Shown: positions 44,496-55,208 of the stretch, in pieces
How the letters are laid out: each line of letters begins with the position of its first letter
How positions within the stretch are numbered: the first letter of the stretch is position 1
Origin: an uncultured Acidobacteriota bacterium
Lineage (GTDB): Bacteria > Acidobacteriota > Thermoanaerobaculia > Multivoradales > UBA5704
NCBI GenBank assembly: GCA_963700145.1
Contig: OY969474.1
Span: 3,392,001 to 3,456,000 of the forward strand
Direction: 5' to 3'
DNA: 64,000 nucleotides
Program-made: the position numbers and the translations under genes
The notes under the pieces: generated by a model
The model's database searches: none
Told to the model about the DNA's origin: nothing
The model's input: only the letters and a program-made list of their open reading frames with translations

Positions 44496-45632
44496 CTAGC
44501 AGTCGCGCGCGGGGGCGGCGAGGACGCGCTCGTAGATCGCGCGGTAGCGGGCGACGATGGCGTCCTGCGCGAAGACCTCGACCGCGCGCCGGCGGCCGGC
44601 GGCGCCGAAGGCGCGGCGCAGCGGCTCGTCGCGCAGCAGGCGCAGCGTCGCCTCCGCCATGCACTCGACGTCGCCCATCGGGCAGAGGTAGCCGCACTCG
44701 CCGTCCACCACCACCTCCGGGACGCCGCCGACCGCGGTCGCCACGACCGGCACCTCGCAGGCCAGCGCCTCGAGGGCCGCGAGGCCGAACGACTCGCTCT
44801 CCGACGGCAGCAGGAAGACGTCGGCGCCGACCAGCACCTCCTCGATGACCGGGAGGCTGCCGACGAAGGCGATCGAGTCGCAGATGCAGTGCTGGCGGCA
44901 GAGCTGCTCGACCTTGGCGCGGTCGGGGCCGTCGCCGACCATGAGGAGTCGCGCCGGCACCTCGCGCCGCACGCGGCGGAAGACCTCGACCACGTCCTGC
45001 ACCCGCTTGACCGGGCGGAAGTTGGAGACGTGGACCAGGACGTGCTCGCCGGGCTGCGCCCAGCGGCGGGCGCCGGGGCTGTCGCGCACCGCCTCGTAGC
45101 GCGCGGGGTCGATGAAGTTGGGCACGACGTCGATGCCGTTGCGGATGCCCAGCCGGTCGATGGTCACCCGCCGCAGGTCCTCGGAGACCGCGGTCACGGC
45201 GTCGCTCTGCTCGATGCCGAAGCGCGTGGTCTCGACGTAGTTGGGGTCGTTGCCGACGAGCGTGATGTCGGTGCCGTGGAGGGTGGTGACGACCGGCAGC
45301 GGCTGCGGCGCCACGATCTGCCGCGCCAGGACCGCGGAGACGGCGTTAGGGACGGCGTAGTGAACGTGGAGGAGGTCGAGGCGCTGGTGGCGCGTCACCT
45401 CGACCATCTTGGTGGCCAGCGCCAGCGAGTACGGCGGGTACTCGAAGAGCGGGTAGTGCGGCACCACGACCTCGTGGAAGAAAAGGCGCGGGCTGGGCAG
45501 GGCGAGGCGGGTCGGCAGCGCGTAGCTGATGACATGGGCTTCGTCGCCGCCTTCGGCGAGCGCCATCGCAAGCTCGGTCGCCACCACACCCGAGCCGCCG
45601 TAGGTGGGATAGCAGCTGATGCCGACCTTCAC
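44496..45632 (-). CDS. bshA: N-acetyl-alpha-D-glucosaminyl L-malate synthase
   Basis: CYPTYGGSGVVATEL, HVHYAVP, TTLHGTDITLVG, SNFRPVKR, ESFGLAALEA. Confidence 0.95.
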   Translation of the reverse strand: MKVGISCYPTYGGSGVVATELAMALAEGGDEAHVISYALPTRLALPSPRLFFHEVVVPHYPLFEYPPYSLALATKMVEVTRHQRLDLLHVHYAVPNAVSAVLARQIVAPQPLPVVTTLHGTDITLVGNDPNYVETTRFGIEQSDAVTAVSEDLRRVTIDRLGIRNGIDVVPNFIDPARYEAVRDSPGARRWAQPGEHVLVHVSNFRPVKRVQDVVEVFRRVRREVPARLLMVGDGPDRAKVEQLCRQHCICDSIAFVGSLPVIEEVLVGADVFLLPSESESFGLAALEALACEVPVVATAVGGVPEVVVDGECGYLCPMGDVECMAEATLRLLRDEPLRRAFGAAGRRRAVEVFAQDAIVARYRAIYERVLAAPARDC

Positions 45633-46369
45633 CGCACGCCTCCGGGGAGGACGGCGAAGAGGTCGGAGACCGCGAGCGGGTAGCGGGCGCCGAACGGCTC
45701 GCCCAGCTCGGCGCCGATCAACGCGCCGAAGTGCCGCGCCCGCCCTTCGATCATCTTCCAGAACTCGCGCGTCGAGACCTTGGTGACCGGGGCGCCGGCG
45801 CCGCCGCCGTCCTCCTTATCGTCCTGGTAGAGCTGCGTGCGGTAGGCGCGGAGGGCGGCGAGCTTGGTCTCCCAGGTCGCGGTGACGTCGACGACGAAGC
45901 TGGGCGGGAAGTCGTCGTGCTGCATGAAGGAGTAAACGGCCGCCGGGCGGTGAGGTTTCGCGTCCCGCGGCGCGCGCGCCGCCAAGCCGGCGTAGAAGCA
46001 GGCGGCGGCCACCAGCGCGTGGGCGCGCGGGTGGTCGGGGTGGCGGTCGACGGGCGTCGGGCCGAGGACGATCTCCGGGCGCAACCGGCGGAGGACGGCG
46101 ATCAGCGCCTCTTCCTCGGCCGGGCCGGTGCGGAAGGCGCCGTCGCCGCAGTCGAGGAAGACGAGCTCGGCGGCGCCGAGGGCAGCAGCCGCGGCCTCCG
46201 CCTCCTGCCGCCGCCCCTGCTCCGTGCCGCGGCTGCCGGCCTCGCCGCGCGTCAGGTGGACGATGCCGACGCGCCGCCCCTGCCGCGCCAGCAGGGCCAG
46301 CGTGCCGCCGCAGCCAAGCTCGACGTCGTCGGGGTGGGCGCCGATCGCCAGGACGTCGACGCGGCTCAC
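45629..46369 (-). CDS. bshB1: Bacillithiol biosynthesis deacetylase
   Basis: AHPDDVELGCGG, LTRGEAGSRGT, DRHPDH; lies between bshC and bshA. Confidence 0.92.
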   Translation of the reverse strand: MSRVDVLAIGAHPDDVELGCGGTLALLARQGRRVGIVHLTRGEAGSRGTEQGRRQEAEAAAAALGAAELVFLDCGDGAFRTGPAEEEALIAVLRRLRPEIVLGPTPVDRHPDHPRAHALVAAACFYAGLAARAPRDAKPHRPAAVYSFMQHDDFPPSFVVDVTATWETKLAALRAYRTQLYQDDKEDGGGAGAPVTKVSTREFWKMIEGRARHFGALIGAELGEPFGARYPLAVSDLFAVLPGGVR

Positions 46370-48027
46370 GGCGCGCCCTCCGCTTCCGGCACGACGACCT
46401 GCAAGGTCTCCGGGTCGAGCTCCAGCTGCTCGCAGAGCGCCGCCGCGAAGGCGTCGCCGTACTTGCCGGGGAAGTGGGCCGACGAGATCACGCGCTCCTG
46501 AAGCTTGCCGCCGGGAAAGACCGCCTCGCGGAGCTGCTCGACGCGGCGCTGGCGCACCTCGTTCCGCCGCGCGGCGGCGGCCACCGCGCGGGCGGCCAGG
46601 AGCTCGAGGCCCTTCGTCACCTGCTCGCGCGTCTTGGCGTAGGGCCGCTCGAGGTCCGGGTCGAGGGCGAGGAGCGGCCCGCGCAAATCGTCGAGGACCT
46701 CGGCGATCCGCCGGCGCGCGTCGGCGGTGACGTCGCCGCCGGCGTCCTCGGCCAGCCGCCCTTCGAGCGCCTCCGGCGGGCCGAGGAGGTCGGCGAGCGT
46801 CAGCCCCTCCTCCTCCAGGCGCTCCACCTGGCGGGGCTCGAGGACCACCGCCTGCGGCCGCAAGGCGACGGCGGGGGGCTCGACCTCCAGCACCTCGTAG
46901 AGGCCGGTCGACTGCGTGAGGTAGGAGAGCTCGGCCGGGCCGAGGACCTGGAGCGCGGTGCCGAGGACCGCGTCCTGCACGATCGGGCGGGCGCTGACGC
47001 CGGGGCTCACCGCGCCGGGGTTCTCCTCGATCGTGCGCCGCAGCTCGTTGACGGGGAGCGGGTCGGCGCCGGGGACGCCGCGCAGCCGGAAGCCGTCGCC
47101 GTGCCATTCGACGCGCCGGCGCCCCTCGCGGCCGATCAAGAAGAACGGCGCCTCGCCCGGGCGCGAGGCGACCTGGAGGGGATGGCCGCGCTCGGCGATC
47201 GCCGCGTCGGCGCGCGCCAGGGCCGCCTCGACCTCGACCCGCCGATCGACCAGGCGGCTGAGGACCGGGCGCTGCGCCTCCTTGAGGCCGGGCAGCATGG
47301 CGTCGAGGAGGAGTGGACAGCGCGGGCCGAGGAGGTGGGCGAGGAGGCGGCAGAAGGCCTCGCCGAAGCGGGCTTCGGGGCGGTACCAGCGGCCGAGGGC
47401 GGCGAGCCAGGCGGCGTAGCGCTCGCCCGGGATCGCCTCGCTGAGCGCCGCGAGGACCGACGCGACCTCCGGCCCCAGCGTCCGCATGCCGACCGGCTGC
47501 AGCGGCTCGGGGTCGGGGCCGAGGTCGAAGACGCGCGTCCCCTGCGGCGTCGGGAAGGCGGCGCGGGACACCTCCTGCCAGTCGTGGTCCTCGCTCGCCA
47601 CCCAGAAGACCGCCACCGCCGGCTCGCCCTGCGCCTCCAGCGCCGCCGCCCAGCGGGTCAGCGCCACCGCCTTGGTCAGGGTGAGGAGCGGGCCGCCGAA
47701 GAGGCCCGGCTGCTGGCCGCCGACGACGACGCGGGTGGCCGGGTCGGCGAGCCGGGCGGCCAGGCGGTCGGCCTCCGGGTGGCCGTAGGCGCGGTTGGCG
47801 AAGGCGAGGGTGTCGGCGAGGGCGCGACGGGCCGCGGCCGCCGCCGCGGTCGGTCGCGGGGGGAGCGGCGGCGGCGCTCCGGGGCGCGCCAGCTTGAGCG
47901 GGGCGAGGAGGTCGAGATCGCGGCCGGCCAGGAAGGCCCGCGGCAGCGGCGGCAGCAGCCCCGCCGCCTCCAGCTCGACGCGCAGCGCCGCCGGCCGGCG
48001 GCTGGGCGAGGGCGACGGGGCGGCCAC
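46366..48027 (-). CDS. bshC: Bacillithiol biosynthesis cysteine-adding enzyme
   Basis: GQQPGLFGGP, FWVASEDHDWQE, SPGVSARP, GPAELSY, LQERV. Confidence 0.92.
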   Translation of the reverse strand: MAAPSPSPSRRPAALRVELEAAGLLPPLPRAFLAGRDLDLLAPLKLARPGAPPPLPPRPTAAAAAARRALADTLAFANRAYGHPEADRLAARLADPATRVVVGGQQPGLFGGPLLTLTKAVALTRWAAALEAQGEPAVAVFWVASEDHDWQEVSRAAFPTPQGTRVFDLGPDPEPLQPVGMRTLGPEVASVLAALSEAIPGERYAAWLAALGRWYRPEARFGEAFCRLLAHLLGPRCPLLLDAMLPGLKEAQRPVLSRLVDRRVEVEAALARADAAIAERGHPLQVASRPGEAPFFLIGREGRRRVEWHGDGFRLRGVPGADPLPVNELRRTIEENPGAVSPGVSARPIVQDAVLGTALQVLGPAELSYLTQSTGLYEVLEVEPPAVALRPQAVVLEPRQVERLEEEGLTLADLLGPPEALEGRLAEDAGGDVTADARRRIAEVLDDLRGPLLALDPDLERPYAKTREQVTKGLELLAARAVAAAARRNEVRQRRVEQLREAVFPGGKLQERVISSAHFPGKYGDAFAAALCEQLELDPETLQVVVPEAEGAP

Positions 48028-48094
48028 GGCGGCGGGATGATATACCCCGGTGTCGCGCCCTCCGGGCGTATGCTCAGAGGGCGAGGAGGGCGGC

Positions 48095-48385
48095 GTGGCG
48101 ACGACGACAGCGCGCGGCACGGGCAAGGGAGCGGCGGCCGCCGCGGCCTTCGCGGCGGTCCTGCTGCATACCCTGACGGCGCTCTGGGTGTGGCACTCCT
48201 GGGGCTACTTCGGGCGCGCCAACGTGCTGGTCTGGACCGACTTCCCGGCTTCGCTCCTCTTCCTCGACCTCTCCGACCAGCGCTTCCTGACCGCGAGCCT
48301 GCTGCTGGGCGGCCTGCAGTGGGGGATCATCGGCATGCTGCTGGCGAAGCTGGTCGGGCGGTCGTCGCGCAGGAAATCCCTTTAA
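48095..48385 (+). CDS. Small membrane protein
   Basis: SD GAGGAGG before a GTG; 2-3 hydrophobic segments. Confidence 0.6.
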   Translation: MATTTARGTGKGAAAAAAFAAVLLHTLTALWVWHSWGYFGRANVLVWTDFPASLLFLDLSDQRFLTASLLLGGLQWGIIGMLLAKLVGRSSRRKSL

Positions 48386-48396
48386 GAGGTTGATCG

Positions 48397-48423
48397 GAGC
48401 CCGGCGCGAAAGCTTTCGCGCCT
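48397..48423. repeat. REP-like 27-bp palindrome, copy 2
   Basis: Identical to 29374-29400. Confidence 0.8.
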
Positions 48424-48445
48424 AGGCTTGGTTACAATCCCTGCG

Positions 48446-49429
48446 ATGCTGAAGCTCGGGCCCGTGGCGGTCGATCCGCCCCTGTTCCTCGCGCCGATGG
48501 CCGGGGTCACCGACCGCGACTTCCGCCTGATCGTGCGGCGGATCGGCGGGGTCGGTGTCGTGGCGATGGAGTTCATCTCCTCGAAGGCGATCGTCCACGG
48601 CAACAAGAAGACCCGCGAGCTGATGTTCTTCAGCGACGAGGAGCGCCCGCTGGCGATCCAGATCTACGGCTCCGACGCGGCGACGATGGCCGAGGCGGCG
48701 CGGGTCGTCGAGGAGCTGGGCGCCGACGTCTGCGACATCAACATGGGCTGCCCGGCCAACAAGGTGCTCAAGGGGTGCGCCGGGGCGGCGCTGATGGGCG
48801 ACCTCGACCTGGCGCGGCGGATCGTGCGCGACGTGCGGCGGGCGATCACGATCCCGCTCACCGTCAAGTTCCGGCTCGGCCTCGACGACGGGCGGCGCAA
48901 CTACCTCGAGCTCGGCCGGGTCTGCGAGGCCGAGGGCGCCGCCGCGGTGGCGATGCACGCGCGCACGGCGCGGCAGATGTTCGACGGCGAGGCCGACTGG
49001 ACGCACCTGGCGCGCCTCAAGGCGACGCTCGGGATCCCGGTCATCGGCAACGGCGACGTGCGCGAGCCGGAGGACGCCCTGCGCATGCTCGCCGAGACCG
49101 GCTGCGACGGCGTGATGATCGGCCGCGGCGCGACGCGCAACCCCTGGCTCTTCCGCCAGATCGCGGCGCGCCTGTCGGGCGGCCGGATCAGCGAGCCGAC
49201 CCTGGCCGACCGGCGCGAGCTGATCCTCGCCCATTTCCGCATGGTGGCGGCGCGCGAGCCCTCGACCTATGCCCTCCACAAGCTGCGCAAGTTCACCGGC
49301 TGGTACACCCACGGCCTGCCGCACGGCCGCCAGCTCCGCCAGGCGATCAACCAGCTCCCCGACGTGCCGAGCTTCCTCGCCGCGGTCGAGCAGTTCTTCG
49401 ACGGCCTGCCGCTCGAGCAGGCGGCCTAA
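48446..49429 (+). CDS. dusB: tRNA-dihydrouridine synthase B
   Basis: LAPMAGVTD, DINMGCP, HART, IGNGDV, DGVMIGR. Confidence 0.95.
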   Translation: MLKLGPVAVDPPLFLAPMAGVTDRDFRLIVRRIGGVGVVAMEFISSKAIVHGNKKTRELMFFSDEERPLAIQIYGSDAATMAEAARVVEELGADVCDINMGCPANKVLKGCAGAALMGDLDLARRIVRDVRRAITIPLTVKFRLGLDDGRRNYLELGRVCEAEGAAAVAMHARTARQMFDGEADWTHLARLKATLGIPVIGNGDVREPEDALRMLAETGCDGVMIGRGATRNPWLFRQIAARLSGGRISEPTLADRRELILAHFRMVAAREPSTYALHKLRKFTGWYTHGLPHGRQLRQAINQLPDVPSFLAAVEQFFDGLPLEQAA

Positions 49430-49445
49430 AGGCCGCTTCCCGCGG

Positions 49446-49907
49446 ATGCCGGAGCCGCAGCGCGAGCACGCGGTCGGGCTGGCGCTCGGTCGCGAGCGGG
49501 CGCTCGCCGCCCTGGCGCGGACGGCGGAGGCCTGGGGTGCCGAGTTCGAGCCGGCCGGCGACGGCGGGCAGCTGACGATGCCGGTCACCGCCGGGCTGCG
49601 GCGCGGCTGGGCGCGCGGCCGGGTGCGGGTGGAAAGGGACGGGGAGGGCTCGCGGGTGGCGCTGGCGGTCGAGGAGAGCGAGTACCGGCTGCAGACGGCG
49701 GCGGTCGTGGTGCTGCTGCTGTCGCTGGCGGGCGCGGTCGTGGCGGTCCTCTGGCCCATCTTCCCGGGCCTCCTTGCCTTGGCGCCGCTCGGGCTGGCGC
49801 TGGCCGTCGGCGGGTGGCTGCTGGTCGTCTCGCGGCTCACCACGAGCGGTCCGGAGGAGTTTCTGGCGCAGCTCGCCGCCGAGGCGGAGGGGAATCCGCC
49901 GGCCTAG
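49446..49907 (+). CDS. Membrane hypothetical protein
   Basis: Two C-terminal TM helices. Confidence 0.65.
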   Translation: MPEPQREHAVGLALGRERALAALARTAEAWGAEFEPAGDGGQLTMPVTAGLRRGWARGRVRVERDGEGSRVALAVEESEYRLQTAAVVVLLLSLAGAVVAVLWPIFPGLLALAPLGLALAVGGWLLVVSRLTTSGPEEFLAQLAAEAEGNPPA

Positions 49908-49943
49908 CCGGGGGTTATACTCCGAGCGGTTCTTTCACAACTG

Positions 49944-50301
49944 GGGGGCGTACCGGTTTCGACGGGGAACAAGAGCGGTCCGGCGACCGCGTGCCGAGTT
50001 TCTGCTCGTTAAAACGGAATCTAGTAACTGCGAACGACAACTTCGCTCTCGCGGCCTAAGAACTAGGACGTGACGTCCCGCTTGAGGCTCGGTCCGTGGC
50101 CTCTCGCGGGGCGCAACTTCAGCGGACCAAGGAGGTCACGGCTGCCTCGCGTGGACCTCCGAGATAAAGCGAGGCTGGCCGCCACGCCAGGCGCCTTCGC
50201 CCATCAACGTGGCCGGCGAGATTCGAAAGCGAAGGCTACGCACGTATACGCCGCCGGGACGCGTTTCTCGGACGTGGGTTCGACTCCCACCGCCTCCACC
50301 A
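49944..50301 (+). ncRNA. ssrA: tmRNA, tag peptide (A)ANDNFALAA
   Basis: 5' GGGGGCG...TTCGAC; 3' GGTTCGACTCC...CGCCTCCACCA with a G3:U acceptor pair; tag ORF at 50030-50059. Confidence 0.97.
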
Positions 50302-50405
50302 TTACCTGGATAAACCACCAAAACTAAAGACTACGGGCCCTGCCGTGGAAGGCGGGTGCCCGCCATGGCTTGACCGGACACGTTGAGCCGTAAATACTGC
50401 CCGCG

Positions 50406-50729
50406 GTGAAGACGACCTTCGATCTGCCCGATCCGCTGCTTCGGGATGCCAAGGCTCTGGCCGCCCAACAGGGCCGGCCGCTTCGCGATCTGGTCGCCGA
50501 GGCGATCGGGGAGAAGCTGGAACAAACCGGCGGCGCCGCGCCGGATAGCGCTCGGACCGGAGAAAGACGGCGAGAGGCGTGGGAGCGCTGGAGGGCGCGG
50601 CTGGTGCAGCAGCCGGACGGGAGTTGGCTCAATCCCGACGGCATTGACGACGAGTCGTTCTTCCAGTCCCTCGAAGCGGCTCGGCAGGAGTCTTGGACCT
50701 CGCACGATCCATTTCGCTCCTCCACCTGA
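50406..50729 (+). CDS. RHH-type (VapB-like) antitoxin
   Basis: MKTTFDLPDPLLRDAKALAAQQGRPLRDLVAEAI, upstream of a PIN gene. Confidence 0.8.
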   Translation: MKTTFDLPDPLLRDAKALAAQQGRPLRDLVAEAIGEKLEQTGGAAPDSARTGERRREAWERWRARLVQQPDGSWLNPDGIDDESFFQSLEAARQESWTSHDPFRSST

Positions 50730-50756
50730 GCACGCCCCGGCCGCCGCCCCACGTGC

Positions 50757-51174
50757 GTGTTCCTGGTCGATACCAATGTCGTCTCCGAGCTGATCCGCCC
50801 GCGGCCGTACTTGCCCCTGGTCCGGCGGCTGCTCTCGACTGACCCGGCCGTCCTCTTCGCTTCCGAGATCACGCGTTACGAGCTGCGCTACGGCGCCGCC
50901 ATCCATCCTCAGTCGAGCATGGTCTGGGAGAAGGTGCAGCGCGAGATCCTGCCGCTTCCGATCTGGCTTCCGGTCGACGACAAGGTGGCGCTTGCAGCCG
51001 CCGACCTCCGCGCCGCCTTACGCAAGAGCGGCCAAGGGATCGAGATGCCCGACGGCGTCCTCGCCGCGACGGCGTCGGTGCACGACCTGGTGCTCGTAAC
51101 CCGCAACGTTCGCCACTTCCAAAACGTGCCTGGCCTCGTCGTGGAGAACTGGTTCTCCGACGAGTCGTCGCGGG

Positions 51175-51188
<14 letters not shown>
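50757..51188 (+). CDS. vapC: PIN-domain toxin (VapC family)
   Basis: FLVDTNVVSE, ELRYG, DGVLAATA, VTRNVRHF. Confidence 0.92.
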
Positions 51189-52233
<1,045 letters not shown>

Positions 52234-52257
52234 GGCGCGCTATCCTATGGCGCAGCC

Positions 52258-53448
52258 ATGAAAGGGAACCCGCGGCACCTCGGCTTCTCCACCCGCGCCA
52301 TCCACGCCGGCCAAGAGCCCGACCCGACGACCGGCGCCGTCACCGTCCCGATCTACGCCACTTCGACCTACGTTCACGACGAGCTCGGAGTCCACAAGGG
52401 GTACGAGTACGCGCGGGTGCAGAATCGCACGCGCTCCGCCCTCGAGGAGAACGTCGCGGCGCTCGAAGGGGGGCACGCGGGGCACGCCTTCGCCTCCGGC
52501 ATGGCGGCGATCTCGTGCCTGATGACGGTCCTGAAGGCCGGCGACCACGCGGTCGTCTCGCGCAACACCTACGGCGGCACCTACCGCTACCTGACCCGCG
52601 TCCTCGAGCGCTACGACCTCCACTTCTCGTGGGTGGACACGAGCGACCTGGCGGCGGTCGAGCGCGCGTTCACGCCCGCCACCCGGATGCTTTACGTCGA
52701 GACGCCGACCAACCCGCTGATGGACGTCACCGACCTCGCCGCCGCCGCCGAGCTCGCCCACGCCCGCGGCGCGCGGATGGCGGTGGACAACACCTTCCTC
52801 TCCCCCTACCTGCAGCGGCCGCTCGAGCTCGGCGCCGACTTCGTCGTCCACTCGACGACCAAGTTCCTCAACGGCCACAGCGACTCGCTCGGCGGCGTGC
52901 TCGTCTCGACGACGCCCGAGGACACCGAGTGGTTCGCGCTGGTGCAGAAGTCGGCCGGGGCGATCCTCTCGCCGTTCGAGGCGTTCCTCAACCTGCGCGG
53001 CATCAAGACGCTGGCGGTGCGCATGGACCGCCACGAGGCGAACGCGCGGGCGGTGGTGGACTTCCTGGTGCGGCACGCGGCGGTCGAGCGGGTGCTCTAC
53101 CCGGGGCTGCCGGACCACCCCGGCCACGCGGTGCAGAAGCGCCAGGCGCGCGGCTTCGGCTCGATGGTGACGGTGGACCTGGGCAGCTTCGCCGCGGCCA
53201 AGGAGATGCTCGACCGGCTGCGGGTCTGGAGCCTCGCCGAGAGCCTCGGCGGCGTCGAGAGCCTGGCGTCGCACCCGGCCACGATGACCCACGCCTCGAT
53301 CCCGCCGGAGCGGCGGGCGGAGCTGGGCCTGACGGACGGGATGGTGCGGCTGTCGGTGGGGATCGAGGACGTCGAGGACCTGCTCGCCGACCTCGACCAG
53401 GCGCTGGCCGCCCTCGTCGGCGCGCGGGTCGCGGCCGCGACGCGCTAG
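52258..53448 (+). CDS. metB: Cystathionine gamma-synthase/lyase family PLP enzyme
   Basis: FASGMAA, ETPTNP, DNTF, HSTTKFLNGHSD, ESLGGVESL. Exact specificity uncertain. Confidence 0.88.
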   Translation: MKGNPRHLGFSTRAIHAGQEPDPTTGAVTVPIYATSTYVHDELGVHKGYEYARVQNRTRSALEENVAALEGGHAGHAFASGMAAISCLMTVLKAGDHAVVSRNTYGGTYRYLTRVLERYDLHFSWVDTSDLAAVERAFTPATRMLYVETPTNPLMDVTDLAAAAELAHARGARMAVDNTFLSPYLQRPLELGADFVVHSTTKFLNGHSDSLGGVLVSTTPEDTEWFALVQKSAGAILSPFEAFLNLRGIKTLAVRMDRHEANARAVVDFLVRHAAVERVLYPGLPDHPGHAVQKRQARGFGSMVTVDLGSFAAAKEMLDRLRVWSLAESLGGVESLASHPATMTHASIPPERRAELGLTDGMVRLSVGIEDVEDLLADLDQALAALVGARVAAATR

Positions 53449-53457
53449 CCGCTCGCC

Positions 53458-53844
53458 CTAGAAAGCGTCGTCGTCGGGATCGCCGGCGTAGGCGAGCTCG
53501 CTCTCCTCCTCGTCGGAGAAGTCGGCCTCCTTGTCGACGCTCGCCGCGATCCACTCGAGGAAGTTGCTCTCGCCGCGGGTGACCTGGAAGGCGAGGATCT
53601 CCGGCAGGTCGTAGCTGTGCAGCTCGCGGATCGTCTCGGCGATTCCTTCGAACTCGCTGTCCTGCGTCTTGATCACCAGCATCAGCTCGCCGTCCTGGCA
53701 GATCTTGCCCTGCCAGCGGTAGACGGAGCGGACCCCGGGGAGGATGTTGACGCAGGCGGCCTGGCGGCGGCCGACGATCTCGCGGGCGAGGAGGTTGGCC
53801 TGCTCCTCGGTGCCGACGGTGGTGACGACGACGATCCCGGCCAC
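53458..53844 (-). CDS. cutA: Divalent cation tolerance protein CutA
   Basis: AACVNI...SVYRWQG...HSYDLPEI. Confidence 0.93.
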   Translation of the reverse strand: MAGIVVVTTVGTEEQANLLAREIVGRRQAACVNILPGVRSVYRWQGKICQDGELMLVIKTQDSEFEGIAETIRELHSYDLPEILAFQVTRGESNFLEWIAASVDKEADFSDEEESELAYAGDPDDDAF

Positions 53845-53875
53845 GAAGCAACGGTACTGCGGCGCCTCGGGGGAG

Positions 53876-54463
53876 TCAACGCCACTTTTTCACCTCCGCG
53901 TCGTAGGTCAGCACCCGCACCTTGCCGGTGCGGCCGAAGAGGCGCACGGCGACGAGGCGGCGGCCGTCGGTCAGGTAGAGCGAGCCGGGGGTCGAGGTGC
54001 CGAGCGGGCCGAAGGAGGCGAGGTCGGAGCGGTTGAAGCGCACCGGGTCGCCGGTGAGCTTGCTGCCGGGATCGCCGGGGTCGGGCGGCGGCGGTCCGGC
54101 GGGCAGGCCGAACCAGACGCGCGGCCCGAAGTGCATGAGCGGGCGCGGCGGCGCCAGCTCGGGATCGACGCCGGAGTTGATGTCCGCGTTGAGCACGCCG
54201 TCGCCGTCGCCGTCGCGGTAGAGGGCGTAGGTCACGGTGCCGTCGCCGCGCGGCCGGAACTTGACCGCGGCGTTGCCGCCCCAGCGCAGCGCCGCCATGC
54301 GCGCCGCGCGCAGCGTTCCGACCAGCTCCGCCGCGGCGGCCTGCAGGCGGAGCGCGGCGCTCGCTTCGAGGAGCGGCGGCGCGCTGATCAGGAGGAGCGT
54401 CAGCAGGACGGCCGAGCAGATCAGCAGCTCGACCAGGGTGTAGCCGCGTTGGCCGCTGCGCAT
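53876..54463 (-). CDS. Prepilin-type GspH/FimT family protein
   Basis: N-terminal QRGYTLVELL cleavage/methylation motif followed by a hydrophobic helix. Confidence 0.85.
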   Translation of the reverse strand: MRSGQRGYTLVELLICSAVLLTLLLISAPPLLEASAALRLQAAAAELVGTLRAARMAALRWGGNAAVKFRPRGDGTVTYALYRDGDGDGVLNADINSGVDPELAPPRPLMHFGPRVWFGLPAGPPPPDPGDPGSKLTGDPVRFNRSDLASFGPLGTSTPGSLYLTDGRRLVAVRLFGRTGKVRVLTYDAEVKKWR

Positions 54464-54532
54464 GGCGGATCTCCTGGCGAAGGAAGGGCGGGGCGGCGGC
54501 GAGCGCCGCCCCGCGAGGGGGTGGGGCCTGCT

Positions 54533-54883
54533 CTAGCGGGCGTCCTGCTTGGCGGCCCCGCGCGGGACGCGCACCTTCTCGGCGAGCGTCGTCTGCCCGG
54601 AGGTCGTCACGTAGGGCTTGAGGAGGGCGAAGGTGCGCTCGCCGATGCCGCGCACGAGCATCAGGTCCTCGGCCGCCTTGAAGGGGCCGTTCTTCTTGCG
54701 GAACTCGACGATCCGCCCGGCCACCGAGGGGCCGATCCGCGGCAGCAGCGCGAGCTGCGTCGCCTCGGCGGTGTTGACGTTGACGACGCCGCGCTTGGCC
54801 GGCTCGGCGGCGTGCGCCGGGACGGCGGCGAGGAGGATGGCGAAAAGGGTGAGGGCCGCGGCCCATCGCGAGGCGTTCTTCAT
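54533..54883 (-). CDS. comEA: ComEA-family helix-hairpin-helix DNA-binding protein
   Basis: Signal peptide; VNVNTA...LPRIGP...NGPF...VRGIGE. Confidence 0.9.
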   Translation of the reverse strand: MKNASRWAAALTLFAILLAAVPAHAAEPAKRGVVNVNTAEATQLALLPRIGPSVAGRIVEFRKKNGPFKAAEDLMLVRGIGERTFALLKPYVTTSGQTTLAEKVRVPRGAAKQDAR

Positions 54884-55208
54884 GGGGTCTTCCTTTCGTT
54901 TTGTTCGGTTTCGGTTTGCTGCGTTCTCTCCTGTCTGCTGGCGCTGCGTCGTCGCGTCCGTCCGGGGTCTCCCACCTCCTCTCCGGTCGTTGTGGCGGCG
55001 CGGCGAGATCAAGCCCGCTGCCAAGTGCGGCGGCAGGAGACAAGTCGCTGATTCAGAAGGCGCTTACGCCGCTCATAGCCGTGGCGGCACGGTGAAGCGG
55101 GCGACGAAGATCTGGACGAGGGACGCGCCGGACGGGCGGCCGGCGAGGCGACGAAGATTTGGACTGGAGCGCGGCGTCTTACCGCGGCTGGGGTAGATTT
55201 ACGCGCCT

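Noticed and set aside
49774-50327. Short ORFs overlapping tmRNA
   Set aside because: Explained by ssrA. Only the tag reading frame is meaningful.
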